Shown here in pieces: positions 26,336 to 39,854 of a stretch of DNA of 64,000 bases. The position numbers were made by a program, and so were the translations under genes. Positions within the stretch are counted from its first letter, which is position 1. The number at the start of each line of letters is the position of its first letter. The stretch spans positions 15,607,677-15,671,676 of the forward strand of contig NC_057751.1 in NCBI RefSeq assembly GCF_004010195.1, given 5' to 3'. The notes below the pieces were generated by a model. The model saw only the letters and a program-made list of their open reading frames with translations. It was not told the origin of the DNA and searched no databases. Source of the stretch: Chiloscyllium plagiosum. Taxonomy: Eukaryota.

Positions 26336-27410
26336 TGTTATTAAGTTGAAGGCGTGTACTGTACCTTTAAGAGAGAGTAAATGCTGTTCTGAACTGAGAG
26401 CTTATAAGCACCTGTGTATATGACTAGATAGCAGCCCAGGAGTGTACTGGAAAATTGAAAATATGTAACATTTGGCTGTGAAATGGATACCTGAGTGTTG
26501 GTTGCTGTTTTGACAACAATTTGAACTTCACCAGTGTATGCCCCATGATACTAGAACCCAATTAAGTTTGAATTTATTGTTTTGCCAACATTAAACCAAT
26601 GAGATGATCCGATACTGGGGATATACAAAGCAGGCATTTTGAAAATCGGAGAGAGAGCAACTGCCATCAAGAGAGACCCAAGAAATTAGTAAACACAATC
26701 AAAGATATCTTTTCATATGAAACACATTCGCAGTAAATGAACGGTGGTTCAGTGGTTAGCACTGCTGCCTCACAACAAGGGACCTCAGTTCGATTCCAGC
26801 CTCGGGTGGCTGCCTGTCTGGAGTTTACACATTCTCCCCATTTCTGCATGGGTTTCCCCGGCTACTCTGGTTTCCTCGCACCGTCTGGAAATGTACAGGT
26901 TAGGTGAATTGGCTATGCTAAATTGCCCATAGTGTTCAGGGATGTCTAGGTTAGGTGCATTAGTCATGGTAAATATCAAGTAATAGGGTAGGGGAATGGG
27001 TCTGGGTGGATTCCTCTTCGGAGGGTTGGTGTGGACTTGTTGGGCAAATGGTCCGTTTCCACACAAGGGATTATATGATTCTAAGGTGACCCAGGAAGGT
27101 CTTCAGCCAGAAGAAAAAGACACCAAAGATTCTGAAATTAAGTCGATGTAATCTTAATAAGTGTCTTACTGGAACCGCATATAGTTATAGAGTTAGAGGC
27201 AGGGAATAAGCAGTTAAGCGAAAGGGGCCTTAGGGTTGTGAATGGTTGTTTAATGCTCACGTTTAGAGTTCAAAAAATTTATGTTATTTTCTTTAAACAG
27301 CGGTATTGGGGAACTCTCTGTCACTCATATTTTAACAGATTACGAGGCAAGGTGAGCTTTCCTGGATATTTGGTTTTATTCACAGAAGGGTTCACCGCCG
27401 TGTCGTAACA
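26336..27410 (+). mobile_element. Solo LTR (Gypsy/ERV-type) with 4-bp TSD
   Basis: Termini TGTTA...TAACA, flanked by CAAG (26332-26335 and 27411-27414). Splits a LINE that resumes afterwards. Internal CCAAT near 26596 and a TATA-like motif near 26620. Confidence 0.8.
26741..27083 (+). mobile_element. V-SINE nested in a solo LTR
   Basis: Head, V-domain and tail as in the other copies. Confidence 0.85.
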
Positions 27411-30400
27411 CAAGAGGGGAGTATTCCGTCACATTCCTGAATTAGCTTTGGAGGATAGTGGGCAGGAACTGGGGAGTTAGGAGGTGAGTTATTCACCACA
27501 GTATTCCTAGCGTCTGACATGCTCTGTAAGCACTGTTTATTTGGCGAATCCAGTTGGATTTCTGGTCAATGATAAGCCTAAGAATGTTGACAGTGGGAAA
27601 TTCAATTATGGTGACATCATTAAATGTCAAAGGGCTGTGGGTAGATGGTCTCTTCTTGGACATAACCATTGCCTGGCATTTGTGTAGCGTATTTGTTCTT
27701 TCGAAAATGGGTGACAGGTTTAGATAGACAATCTAGACTGGCACACACTTGGACAGCTGAAGGGCCTGTTCCTGTGCTGTAATTTTCTTTGAATGTTGCT
27801 GGCCACTTGTCAGCCAAAGCCTGAATACTGTCCAAATCTTGCATATGAACATGGACTGCTTCAGCATTTGAGGAGTTGCAAATGTTGCTGAACATTGCAT
27901 GATCATCGGCTAACATCCCCACTTCTCACGTTATGGTGGAAGGAAAGTGAATGATAAAGCAACTGAAGATGGTTGGGCCTCGGACACCATCCTGAGGAAT
28001 TCCTGCAGAGATGTCCTGGAGTTGAGGTGACTGACTTCCAACAACCACAACCATCTTCCTTTGTGCCAGGTTAGACTCCAATTCGTGAAGGACCCAATAC
28101 CTGTTGATTCCAGTTTTGTTAGGGCTCCTTGGTGCCACACACAGTTGAATGCGGGCTTGACGTCAATGGCTGTCACTCTCAACTCTTCTCTAGAATTCAG
28201 TTCTTTTGCCCATGTCTGAACCAAGGCTCTAATGAGGTAAGGAATGGCAAAACCCAAACTGAGTGTCACTGAGCAGGTGCTGCTTGACAGCTCTGTGGAT
28301 GATATCTTCCATCATTTTCCTGATGATCAAAAGTACACCGATGGGGTGGTAACTGGGTGGATTGTATTTGTCCTGTTTTTTGTGTATCAAAGCGATTTTC
28401 CATTTTGTCGGATAGATGCCTGTGTTGCAAATGGAACATGGCTGAGGAGCAGCAAGTTCGAGAGGACAAGTTTTCAGTACAATTGCTGGAACAATGTCAA
28501 GGCACATAGATTGTGCAGTACCGGTTGTCTCCAACCATTCATTGACATCACCTGGTGTGAATCAAATTGACTGAAGACGAGGGACCCCTGGAGGAGACCA
28601 AAATGGATCATCCATTTGGCACTTCTGACAGGCTTCAGCTTACTTTTGCATTTGCATGTTGGATTATTCCATCATTTATTTCATTGCATGACCATTCACA
28701 ACTGAAGGTGGCAGAATTGCAGACATTGGATCTGATCTGCTGCTTGTGAGATTCCTCTGCCTATCACTTGCTGCTTATGCTGTTTGGCATGCAAGTAGTC
28801 ATGTTTGGTAGCTTCACCAGGTTGACACCTCATTTTCAGGTATGCCTGGTGCTACTTCTGGCATGACTTCCTGTTTCATTGAACGAGAGCTGATCCTCTG
28901 GCTTGATAGTAATGGTTGAGTGGGGAATATGGCGGACAATAACGTTTCAGATTGTGCTGCAATACAATTCTGCCGCTGTTGATGGCCCAAAACGCTTCAT
29001 GGATACCTAGTCTTGAGTTGCTCGATCTATTCAAAGTCTGTCCCATTTTGCACGATGGTAATGCCATACAATACGATGGAGTGCATTCTCAATGTGAAGG
29101 CTTGACTTTCTTTCCACAATGACTGTGCAATGGTCACTCTTACTAATACACCACCTGCAGATTGGTAAGGATAGGTCAACTCCCCTCCTGTTGCTTCCCT
29201 CAGCACTTGCTGCTGAACCAGGCTAGCAGTTATGTATTTTAGGATCTGACCAGCTCGATCAGTGGTGCAGCTGCTGTAACACTCTCAATGGTAAACATTT
29301 AAATTCCCTGACAGAGTACATTTTGTGTCTTTACTACCCTCAGGGTTTCCTCCAAGTGTCGGTCAACATTCATCAGCTGAAGGACAGTATATGGTAATGA
29401 GCAGGAGGTTTCTTTGTTCATGTTTGACCTCAAGCCATGAGACCTCATGGGGTCCAAAGTCAATGTTGAGAGCTCCTTGGGTAACTCCCTCCTGACTGTC
29501 TACCACTGTGACACTACCTCTGCTAGTGGGATAGGACATATCCAGGAATAATGATAAAGGAATTATCTGATTTCAGCCCCATGACTGGTTGTCCTTTTTG
29601 AATGTCAAGTCCAAGGCTCCAGCAGCCAGCAACACATGATGCTGACCTAGCCCACGATGCCCTCCTCCCGTGAACAAGTAATTTTTTAAAAATCGTCAAT
29701 TTTCGTTGAACTTCTGCATCAGGCAGCTTCAGACTCAAATCAATCTACAGCCAAACTTGTGTGCAGGAGACACTGCTCTATGGGAGGTACGGTCTTTAAA
29801 ATGGGACATTAAACCAAGGTGGATACAAAACATACTCAAGCAGTCTTCAACAAAACTGTCACCCAACTATCAATAAACCCACCAAATTCACCGTCAAATT
29901 GTTTCTCCCAATGAAACATGTGGCAGCATCTTGTGCACAAAGTGGCCACTATCTGATCACACTGTCCCTACTCTAATGCACTCTGGGATGCATTACAGTA
30001 TTCAAAGGCACTACATAAATACAAGTTATTCATTATTTGCCTGTTTATCCAATTACCAAGAGCTACCATCCAGCTGCATAATTTCTCAGTAACTGCGTGT
30101 TCAGGTATAGGGTCTTGCTTGGGGCATAGTTTCAGACTAGTCTGGTCTCGTTGTGCATTTATGTGCAAAATTTAAAAATTTCCTTAGAAGAGATTATCCA
30201 TTCAGCCAGACAGTTCAGAAAGTGCATTTTATCAAATCTCAGTGCCGAACAAACCTCAAAATCCTGCTACGTTCACTTCAATGTGGGCTCATGCTGTGCC
30301 AATGGAACTCATTAAGTTTCTTTTGCCTCTACAGTCCGACGCACCACCTGGTCACTTGTGTCTTAAGTAAACTAGAGGTCACTTTGATGAGGATTAGAAG

Positions 30401-31984
30401 TTATTCTTAAAAATGATCAGCAGATTAGTTTATAGATGCATATATAGTCATGACAGTAACAACATAGGTCTCCTTAGACATGTTCAGAATTCCAACAGAA
30501 AGGAGGTCCCCATAAGGTTCAACACCCTCAACTCCACCATCGACTACCCTTTCACTTTCAGACAACCTTGGTGTACTTTCCCTAAGCTGAGTGTCACACA
30601 TCATCCAGGAACTATTGCATCATTCCTTCACCGTCACTGGCTCAAAATGCTGGAACTCCCTCCCTAACATGACTGCAGAGTGTACAGGTACTGGGGGAAC
30701 TGCGACTTGCCATGGCAGCAGCTTACCGTAATCTTTGCAATGGGACTGACAACAATTGCTGGCTTGGCCAGAGATGCCCACATCCCATGGGAGAATATAC
30801 AAGAGAAAATCCTGCTTTTATTGCAGTTTCCCAATCCCTCCCAAAAACAAGGCAATCTGAAGAGGAAATTGCCATTGTATATGGAAAAAAAAATCAACTG
30901 ACAGCCACAGATTTCAGCCAAGCTAACAAAGGAAAACCAAAGCCAGATGCTCAAAAGATCTACCAATGAAGAATGCTGTCTGATATCAAAAATTGAAGTA
31001 ATTTACAAAAAATGGATTTCACAGCACTGCCCTTGACAGTAATTATTATAGCTGTGGGGTAAAACCACTCCATGAGTGTATAGGGTGGCACTTATGAGTC
31101 ATCTTTCTTAAGAAATCACTCAATAACACATCAGATTTCAAATATCAAACAGCTGCAAGTAATAGCTGAATAAGTGCAAGCTGGCGATTCCTCAATGTTA
31201 ACATTATTTCTTTCACTGCAAAGTTAGGTGAGGTTGTTGGCAACAGAGTTCTCAGAATCCATCCAAAGATAAAAATGCCAAGTTCTGTCGGTTGGATTTG
31301 GAAGATATTTTGTAACAGTGGAGAAGTCAACTTGCTGGTGACTCAGTCTGTGCAAGTGACAGCACCGACTGTTGAGCAATGACTTTATGCAAGTGTTCTC
31401 GACTGGGCCAGTAAGCAGATCGCACAAAATCCTGAACATGACGCCAGTTCCATTCCCCTGTCCAGATGTGCGACTTCAAACAGGAGCAGGGGAGTTAAAC
31501 CCTGTATCATGGCCAGTATTTATTATCCAATGAACATCACAAGAATGAAGTCCGCTGATCACTACCCCATTGTTGTTTATGGGAGGTGACTGTGTGCAGA
31601 TGGCTACCACATTCATTACATTGCAACAGGGACTACCTTAATAAAAGGCTTGCTGTGAAGGGCTTCAGGGTATCTGTTGGACGTAAAAGGCTCTACACAG
31701 GTCAAAATTTTTAAGGTAGTGCCATAAGAAGTTACAACACAGAGAGAGGTCATCCAGCCCATTGTCTTTGTGCCAGCTGAGAGAAATACTAGCCCGCAAC
31801 ACCCCTCCCTATCTAATACCATCTACCAGCACCAGGTCCATAGCCTACCAGATTACTACACTTCAGGTGCAAATCCAAGTACCTTTTATACCCCATATTG
31901 TGTACACCAATCACTTTAAATCTGTGGCACCTGATAACTGACATTTTAGTTCACTCTACTATATATCGGTCCCTCAGTATTTTA

Positions 31985-32440
31985 GAGTCATGCAGCATGA
32001 AAACAGACCCATCAGTTCATCTCGTCCATGCCGATCAGACATCCTAAACTGATCTATTTCCATTTGCCAACATCTGGGCAATATCCCTCTGAAACCTTCC
32101 TACTCATACTGACATCTAGATACCTTCCTAATGTCGTAACTGTACCCACATCGACCACTTCCTCTGGCAGCTCATTCCGTACATGCATCACCCTCCACAT
32201 GAAAATGTTGCCCCTGAAGTCCCTTTTAAATAATTCCCCTTTCACCTATGCCTTTAGTTTTGGAGTCCCCTACCCTGGGAAAAAGACACCGGCTATTCAC
32301 CCAATCCATGCCCGTCATAATTTTATAAACCTCTAAAAAGTCACCCCTCAGCCTCCGACACTCCAGGGAAAGAAGCCCCAGCCTATTTAGCCTCCCTGTA
32401 GTTTAAACCCTTCAACTCTGGCAACATCCTTCTAAGCCTT
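31985..32440 (-). mobile_element. CR1-type LINE 3' end
   Basis: FKRDFRGNIFMWRVMHVRNELPEEVV. Confidence 0.8.
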
Positions 32441-33078
32441 TTCAGAACCCTTTCAGGTTTAGTAACATCTTGCCCAGCCTCCTCTGCTCGGAGGAAAAAT
32501 TCCCAGCCAATCAAATCATGCCTCATAGGTGAAATTCTCTTGCCTGGGCAACATACATGTCATTCCTCTCTGTACTCTCTCCAATACAATTATGTCTTTC
32601 CTGTAATTTCAGCTGTAACCTACCAGCTGTTTCAAACAGTTCCAACATTACATACCCGCTTTTGCATTGCATAACTTGTCCAATAAAGGCAGACATTCCA
32701 TCAAAGGTCAGTGTACATGAATGCCAAGGTTCCTCACTTCCTATACCTTTCTCAACATCCTCCCTTCATTGTGAATTGCCGAGCTCTGTTTGCGTTCCCC
32801 AAATGAAATACCTCACACGTCTCCAGACTGAATTTCAACTGCCATCCTTCCATCCAAAAACTGGTACAATTCTGGAATCGACGGCTATTCTCTTCGCTGC
32901 CAACCAACTGACCGATATGTCTCACTTGCAAATTTCAGAGTAATCTGACATTTCCTGTTGTTGAGCCAATTATGATTCAACTCACCACATTCACCTGTAT
33001 TCTATGGGCTTTTCTGACCAGTATGCAATTTGTGAATTCATCAAATGGGCTTACTAAAACTCATACAGACAACATTCA

Positions 33079-34327
33079 CGTTATGATTTTTACGGTGACA
33101 TAATGTTATTGAAATATAAACTGGAAAATGGAAATTTGAAATGCTTTGTCACAGACAAAGATCCACTTGTTTCTTTTTAACAACTCAAAGGAAAAGGGCA
33201 ACTACATTGTGTCTACTCATTGATTACACAAGTATATGTAATTTCAGGGAGAATCTGGATTTGATATTTGCACAAGACGAGCTGGCATCAGGTACTTTTG
33301 GACTGAAATACAAAGCAACTGCCCAGCAACAGCTTTTGGACTGGTTAAGTTGTAGTTTTGGCTCTGAACTCAGAGGTCCAAAAGCCTATGAAGCAAGTCT
33401 GCTTGCTCACTCTCCTTCACAGAAGGGCTGGTTTGAGTGGGTTTTAGGGCCAATTTGATTGCAGCCAACAGATACTGCCTTAGTCAAGAGGCTTTCAAGT
33501 TTAAAAAAATACACTTGCACAATAGGCTCAATTATGGGCGACATGATGGCTCAGTGGTTAGCATTGCTGCCTCACATTACCAGGGATCCGGGTTCAATTC
33601 CAACCACAGGTGACTGTCAGTTTGGAGTTTGCACATTCTCTCCGTGTCTGCGTGTGCTTCCTTCCACAGTCCAAAGACATGCACATTAGGTGATTGGCTA
33701 TGCTAATGATTGCCCATAGTATTCAGGGATGTGTCGGTTAGGTACATTAGTCAGTGGAAATGTCAAGTAATCGGGACATGGGACTGACTGAGACATTCTT
33801 CAAAGGGTCAGCGCTGATTTGTTGGGTCTAATGGCCTGTTTCCACACTGTCAGGATTCTCTGAATGAAAGGGGAGTGGCCAGTTCTCCCAGCTCAGCTTT
33901 TCTTTGGTTTGGTTTGGTTTTAGCAAGCAGTCAGTTTCTGAGGCTGCTGGTCAAAGAGACATTTCTAGGTTGACCCTCTCTGTATGTATATCACTGATAT
34001 CTCTATGGTAAGAACCTGTGTTTGATTGTACATTTTTTGCCAAAGGGGTGCTTATGAGGATGTTGCAAGTATTTGGAACAGCATTATTAAGTTGTGATAG
34101 TGTCAACTGGGTTTTAAAGTAGTTAAGTTATCCTATTTTCTGCTTTGTTTTGTTTGTGCATTCAGTACTATGTAAATAAATTCGTTTTTGTTTCAAACCG
34201 AATGTTTTGACCAACTGCATCACTCCTGGAATATCCATCCTAACACCTGCTTAACAAAACTAGAAAAGTTAGGGTCTGAGCAACCTTCTTGAAAGGTTTT
34301 GAGGGGGGTCTGGCCTGGTCCACAACA
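33079..34327 (+). mobile_element. Probable solo LTR, left boundary uncertain
   Basis: Ends ...GGTCTGGCCTGGTCCACAACA with AATAAA near 34174. Starts at CGTTATG (33079) or TGTTATT (33104). Abuts a CR1 fragment; the TSD is not clean. Confidence 0.45.
33536..33862 (+). mobile_element. V-SINE nested in a probable LTR
   Basis: Head GGGCGACATGATGGCTCAGTGGTTAGC, V-domain, tail GGCCTGTTTCCACACTGT. Confidence 0.85.
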
Positions 34328-35721
34328 ATTACCACCAAAAACTGAAAGAACTCTTAGAAAGTCACCCCATTTCATATCTTTTAATTTGGACCCTTGATCC
34401 ACAAACTTGATTCATTTTCTGCCTATATTTTCCACCCACCATAAACTTATCTACCTTGTCTACGTTGCCTGACCTATTTGTGAATGAACATGTATGTGTT
34501 TGGATTTTATGGGTGGTATAGTGTAAATATGCATCTTTGCAATTCATAATAATGCCACCTGTTAAAGGATATGTTTCTTACAAATAAATATATTTCAGTT
34601 TTCTTGTTCACTAACAGAACATAGTGAGAGCTTCTTTATGCCTCAGTGGTCACACAGTCAGGTGAACTAACCTTCCTCGTGATTATACTGGTCATATTTC
34701 ACATTTGTGGGGACTTGTGCAATAATGGGGTCTGACTTCCAGGACATTTATCCCATGTGGGCGGCAAGATTACCTCAACAATCCTCCTTGTTACTAATTT
34801 GAGGTTTTTTTTTGAGGAAGATAGACTTGATTTTTGCTGAAGAAAACCATGCTGACAATCCTTATCAATGCATGGTCCCAAGTGACAATTTATCTTGAGA
34901 ATGGATTCTCACTCCGTTTTAAACCATGAAAAGACATTGACAGACCTCCATTTCTCTAATATGTCACCCAGTATTTTCTCCCTAGCATCCTTTAACAGCT
35001 ACCCATTTTTCCCTGGTGACTTATCCACATTCAAGGATGTCAGTACTTCTCACATTATACTTACTTTATCTAATATTTCACACTGCTCCTCTTCAACTAG
35101 AATGTCTGCATCTTCCTGCTCCTTTGTGAAGACAGAGACAAAGAACTCATTAAGGACCCTGTCACATCATCTTCATTTATGAATAACTTATCTTGATTAT
35201 TTCTGGTAGGTCCTGATCTTTCCTTCAATATTCTGGTTTTCATGCGCTGATAGAAGACCTTTGGATTTCTTTTCATTTTAACATTCAATATTTTATTTTA
35301 TCTTCATTCTGTATTCCTAATTTCCTTTCTTGTTTCACTTTTTATACTTGTCCAGGCTTTCTGCACAAAGAACTTCATGTGATAGTCATAAGCTTTCTTT
35401 TCTTGCCTTATCTTATCCTGTATATATCTGAAGAGCGGGGGGGGGGGGGGTGAGGTCTCTAGATTTGGCAGTACCACCTTTTTTATTTTGATATGTCTGC
35501 ACAGGACCAACAGAATCTTGTTTTTGAATATCGCTATTGATTTTGTTTCAAGTAGCTATATCCAGTTCACCTTTGGCAGATTTCTCTGAACGCCATAAAA
35601 TTTGGAACTTGAGTTTTTTTTTCCCCCATAACAATGCTAAATATAACTTTATCACGGTCTCTAGCCCTAAATGACCACTTACTGCAACTTCATTCACTTG
35701 CTCAGTGTCATTTCCGACTGT

Positions 35722-36270
35722 GTTGCGGCAATACAGGACATTGGTTAGACCACTATTGGAATACTGTGTACAATTCTGGTCTCCCTGTGATAGGAAGGAT
35801 ATTGTGAAACTTGAAAGGGTGCAGAAAAGATTTACAAGGATGTTGCGAGGGTTGGAGGGTTTGAGCTACATGGAGAGGCTGAAGGGAGTGGGGATGTTTT
35901 CCTTGTAGCGTCAGAGGCTGAGGGGTGACCTTATAGAGGTTTATAAAATCATGAGGAGCATGGATAGGATAAATAGACAAAGATCTTATGCCCAGGGTAG
36001 AGGGCATAGGTTTAAGGTGAAAGGGGAAAGATTTAAAAGGGACCTGAGGGGCAACTGTTGTCTGCAAAGGTGGTGCATGTATGGATTAAGCTACAGAGAA
36101 AGTGGAGGATGCTGGTGCAATAACATTTAAAAGGCACCTGGACGGGTATATGAATAGGAAGAGTTTAGAGGTATACGGGCCAAGTGCTGAAAAACGAGAC
36201 AAGTTTAATTTAAGACATCTGGTTGGCAAGGACACATTGGACTGAAAGGTTTGTTTCTGTGCTGAACATG
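35722..36270 (+). mobile_element. CR1-type LINE 3' fragment
   Basis: [18 protein letters not shown]...[12 protein letters not shown]. Confidence 0.9.
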
Positions 36271-39200
36271 TCAAAATGTTACATGCCAGTAAAAAAAAAT
36301 CCCTTGAAAGCAGTTTGACAATATTCTGCCTCCATGTCTTGCATACTGCTTGTATCACAGTTCATTTTAAGGTAGTTAAATCAGCCAGTTGTGACAGCTG
36401 AATTGCTTTTGCGGTCATCAATTTGCCTACATACTTGCTTCCCAATGTTCTGTTCATTATTTGGAGGTCTCCAATATGCTCCTAGTTGTGTGACTGCCCT
36501 GTTTTAATTTGAATTCAACTTACATTTGAGGATTCATTGAGGGTATCATGCCTCCTGACAGCTGAAATTGATTGTTCAGTCAATAATGCAACACCACCCC
36601 ATTTTTAAAAAAAAATTAGTATATTCTTTGCGTTTATATACATATTAACACTGTCAAACTCCTCACTGCACATGTTCTAACCTTCGCTTTTCTTGTCTGT
36701 CATGGTCACCCAATAATTATCTGTCTCCCAGCCTGGACTCAAAAATTTGTCACAGGGATGTGTCCTCTACACTGCCAACCTAGTTTAAACCCGCTAGCTT
36801 GTGAGGATATTCATCCTAGTCCCGCTCTGGGGATAGAATATCCAGGCCATCTTCCCTAGAACACGTCCCAGAACTTGAAAAATCTTGATGCCCTCCTTCT
36901 TATATCAGCTTTCCAGCTTGGAATTCAACTGTCCAATTCTCCTATTTCTAGGCTCACGAGCACGTGAAAGTGACAGCAATTCTGAGATTACTGCTTTAGA
37001 GGTCTGTTTTTGATTCTCGTGCCTCGCTTCCTAAAACCTGCTTTCAGAACCACTGTGCCCTTTCCTACCTAAATCACTGAGGACCATGATCTCCGGCTGT
37101 TCACGTTACCCCAGAAGCAGCTGGGGAAATTAACGAATGACTCTGAAAGACAGAAAAAAGCAAAGGTTAAAAAGTGTACAGCACAGGTGTTTGACAGCAT
37201 TGAAAGGTGTATACAGGGGGTCCCTAATTTACAAATGCAATCTCATACGAGGCTGAAACTTCAAAGCTCTGACGTACAACCATTTCCTCTATTTATGAAT
37301 GGCTCCTTTACATCGTTCTGCATTAAGTTCCGACTTGCATACAAACGAACTTGTGAACAGCCTCAAGATTGGAATCCACTCGCAACCCGGGGATTTGTAT
37401 ATATTTATACTCTGCTATTCTGCAGCATCTTTGAGCCTGGCACTATGGAGGCAATATACCATTCTGGAGTTACATCTACAGATACCTGTTTCCACAACCA
37501 CAAATCCCCTTATCACTACTGCTCTTCTTTTCATCATCTTCTCTGCTGTACAGCAAAGCTGCCACAACCTTGGGTGTGACTACACTTCTCTGAGCAACCA
37601 ATTCCCTCAATGAAATCCAAAACAGGAAACCAATTAGCAAGCAGGACCTAAGAGAACTCCTACAAGACCTCCCTGATGTTCCCCACTGGTCACCCATTCC
37701 CTTTCAACCACCAAGCCACTAAACTCTTGACAATGACTAATTCTCTTAACTTCCTTCCCACATGGCTCCCAGTTTGGTTTATTTTAATAACTCCATTTTG
37801 TTTGGTCTTAGCTTAACAATCCTTACAAAAATCAGTAAATCTTACTAAATCCAACTGATAATTAACACACTACACTTGTTGCAATAATCCTTACTCAAAG
37901 CAGCTCTTTCCTCCATCCATCAAATTCTCTCATTAACCTAATTCGTTGTTATTCAGGCCTGTGATCTCACTCAGGCCTAGTCTCCTGACCATGTGATTTG
38001 AAAAACATCCCCCTTCCTTAAAGCTTAGATGAATCGCCAGTTAGTTTATGTTCCTGCTTCAATAAAAAGCATCGAATGAACAAAATGCTTTCAGCTGATT
38101 GACAGGTATCTGCCACTACCAAGCAGTTCCCTATTTAAACAACATATTCCACCTGATTTGAAGGTCATTAGTTTTAAGTCAAGAAAATCCATATTTAATC
38201 ACTTAAAAGACTTACCTGGACTTATTGGTAAAGAGAGGAAATTGAAATAATGGTTAAACTCAAAATATGATTTGAGAATTACTTTGAGGATAACAAGGTC
38301 ACACATGCTGAATGAGTTGATCCTGGGTTATGGAGAGAAGGGTGGAAATTGCAGAATGATCACAATCATTCAGTGTTTTTTTACAAATGTGATTAGTGTT
38401 ATATATATTAAAAGATTGTTATCATGTCTACTGAAAAACAAGAGGTGAGAAGGGATAAACCCTTCTGAGCGGGGCAGTGAAAATAACTCGGGAACATTCT
38501 CAAGGTCAAGGTCAATTCTGACTTGGAGAATATGAAGTCCAGGTTTGTTGAGCAATAATCACGTCTGACTCACTTCAGTTGAGATCAAGTAACAGAGTTG
38601 ACGGAGCAAGTGGGGTAGATACACATGTGGAAGTCACTCAACAGGTGACACTGTGGATTATGGGGTTGGATTACAGATATAATACAACAGAATGGTAGAA
38701 CAGTACCGTGAAGTTACCTGCCTCCTCCTACTATTTTCACCCATTTCAAGAACTCAATAAAGTTAAAAAACTGAAGATGACTTGGAAGAGTAAACCTCCA
38801 ATGCTGAACAAAGTACTACAGTTCGAGGTGGGTAACCAGACTTTAACTACATCCTTCCCAAGAACGGATTGCCATACTGGACTTCAGGAATTGCTTACAT
38901 TGTTTTGAAGTGGTACCTATGCTCCAATTTCAGTCGATTACAGCAGCAATTAATTCAGTTGCACTAGCATTTGATACTGTCATAATTTGTTGTTTGAATG
39001 CAAGACACAGCAGACCTATGGTAAATGAGAAATAAAACTGCATCTATACAAATCACCTTTTACAACCTCAGAACATTCCAAAGTCAAATGCAAAACCCAC
39101 TGCAAAGATCGAGAAAGAGGGAAAGTAGGAGCGGATTGGAAAGTGGCCGGTAACTGACTGCCTTAGAGGTGTGCAGCAAGGGTGGTAGCGTTTAACAATG

Positions 39201-39854
39201 TATACTTGTGAAAGATGAGCCCCTTCATGACATGTGGAATGAGTGAGAGAGCAGAAAGTCTGCGCAGTATGCAGATTCAAGTATCACTGCCTCCAGAGAT
39301 CCAACAAAGACCTGGTACAGATATCCCACCCTTAGTAGTCAAACAGATATCCAAGGACAAAATATCTACATCTTAACTGTGCCAACTTACCTTAACTGGC
39401 AACAGTGAGATCTACTGCTTGGGTAAGGTGGTCGGAGATCAACCTGCATTTCCATTACTCACTGCTTCTCCCCCCTTCCCCTCCCAAAAGGAAGCAAATT
39501 GGTGAACATTCAATATACTCAGTTGTAACAGATGATTTGCCAAATATGGTCAAGTAAATCTGCCTACACATAGGTGTACTCAGATGAGGAAGTAAGAAGC
39601 TGCAGTGCTGACACCCATGAAGGCAAGAAATAGGCAAAAACAAGTTAAAAATTATACAATATGCATGCGTGTACATTCAATTCTTAAATGCACCCTTTGA
39701 CAGCACACAACACAAAGGGCTGGACATAAAAGGATTAAAGAATAAAGCTTCAAACATCAGCCTCAAGAGAAGACAAACTCTCAATCATCGTGCAGTTTTT
39801 GAGGGAGGTGAATTCAGACAGCAAGCTGGTGCCGCTGCAGTATACACTGCACTC

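Larger units (their letters stand above)
25875..29560 (-). mobile_element. LINE (same family as 19585) with decayed ORF2, interrupted by the solo LTR at 26336-27410
   Basis: GIYPTKWKIALIHKKQDK..P.SY.PI..L.II.K, QFGF, AIDVKPAF..VWH, GIPQ.GV.GPTIFSCFI, MLADD motifs spread over several frames. Confidence 0.9.

Noticed and set aside
27411..29560. Functional reverse transcriptase gene
   Set aside because: RT motifs are split by multiple stops and frameshifts, so this is a dead LINE copy. The same applies to 52176-53190.
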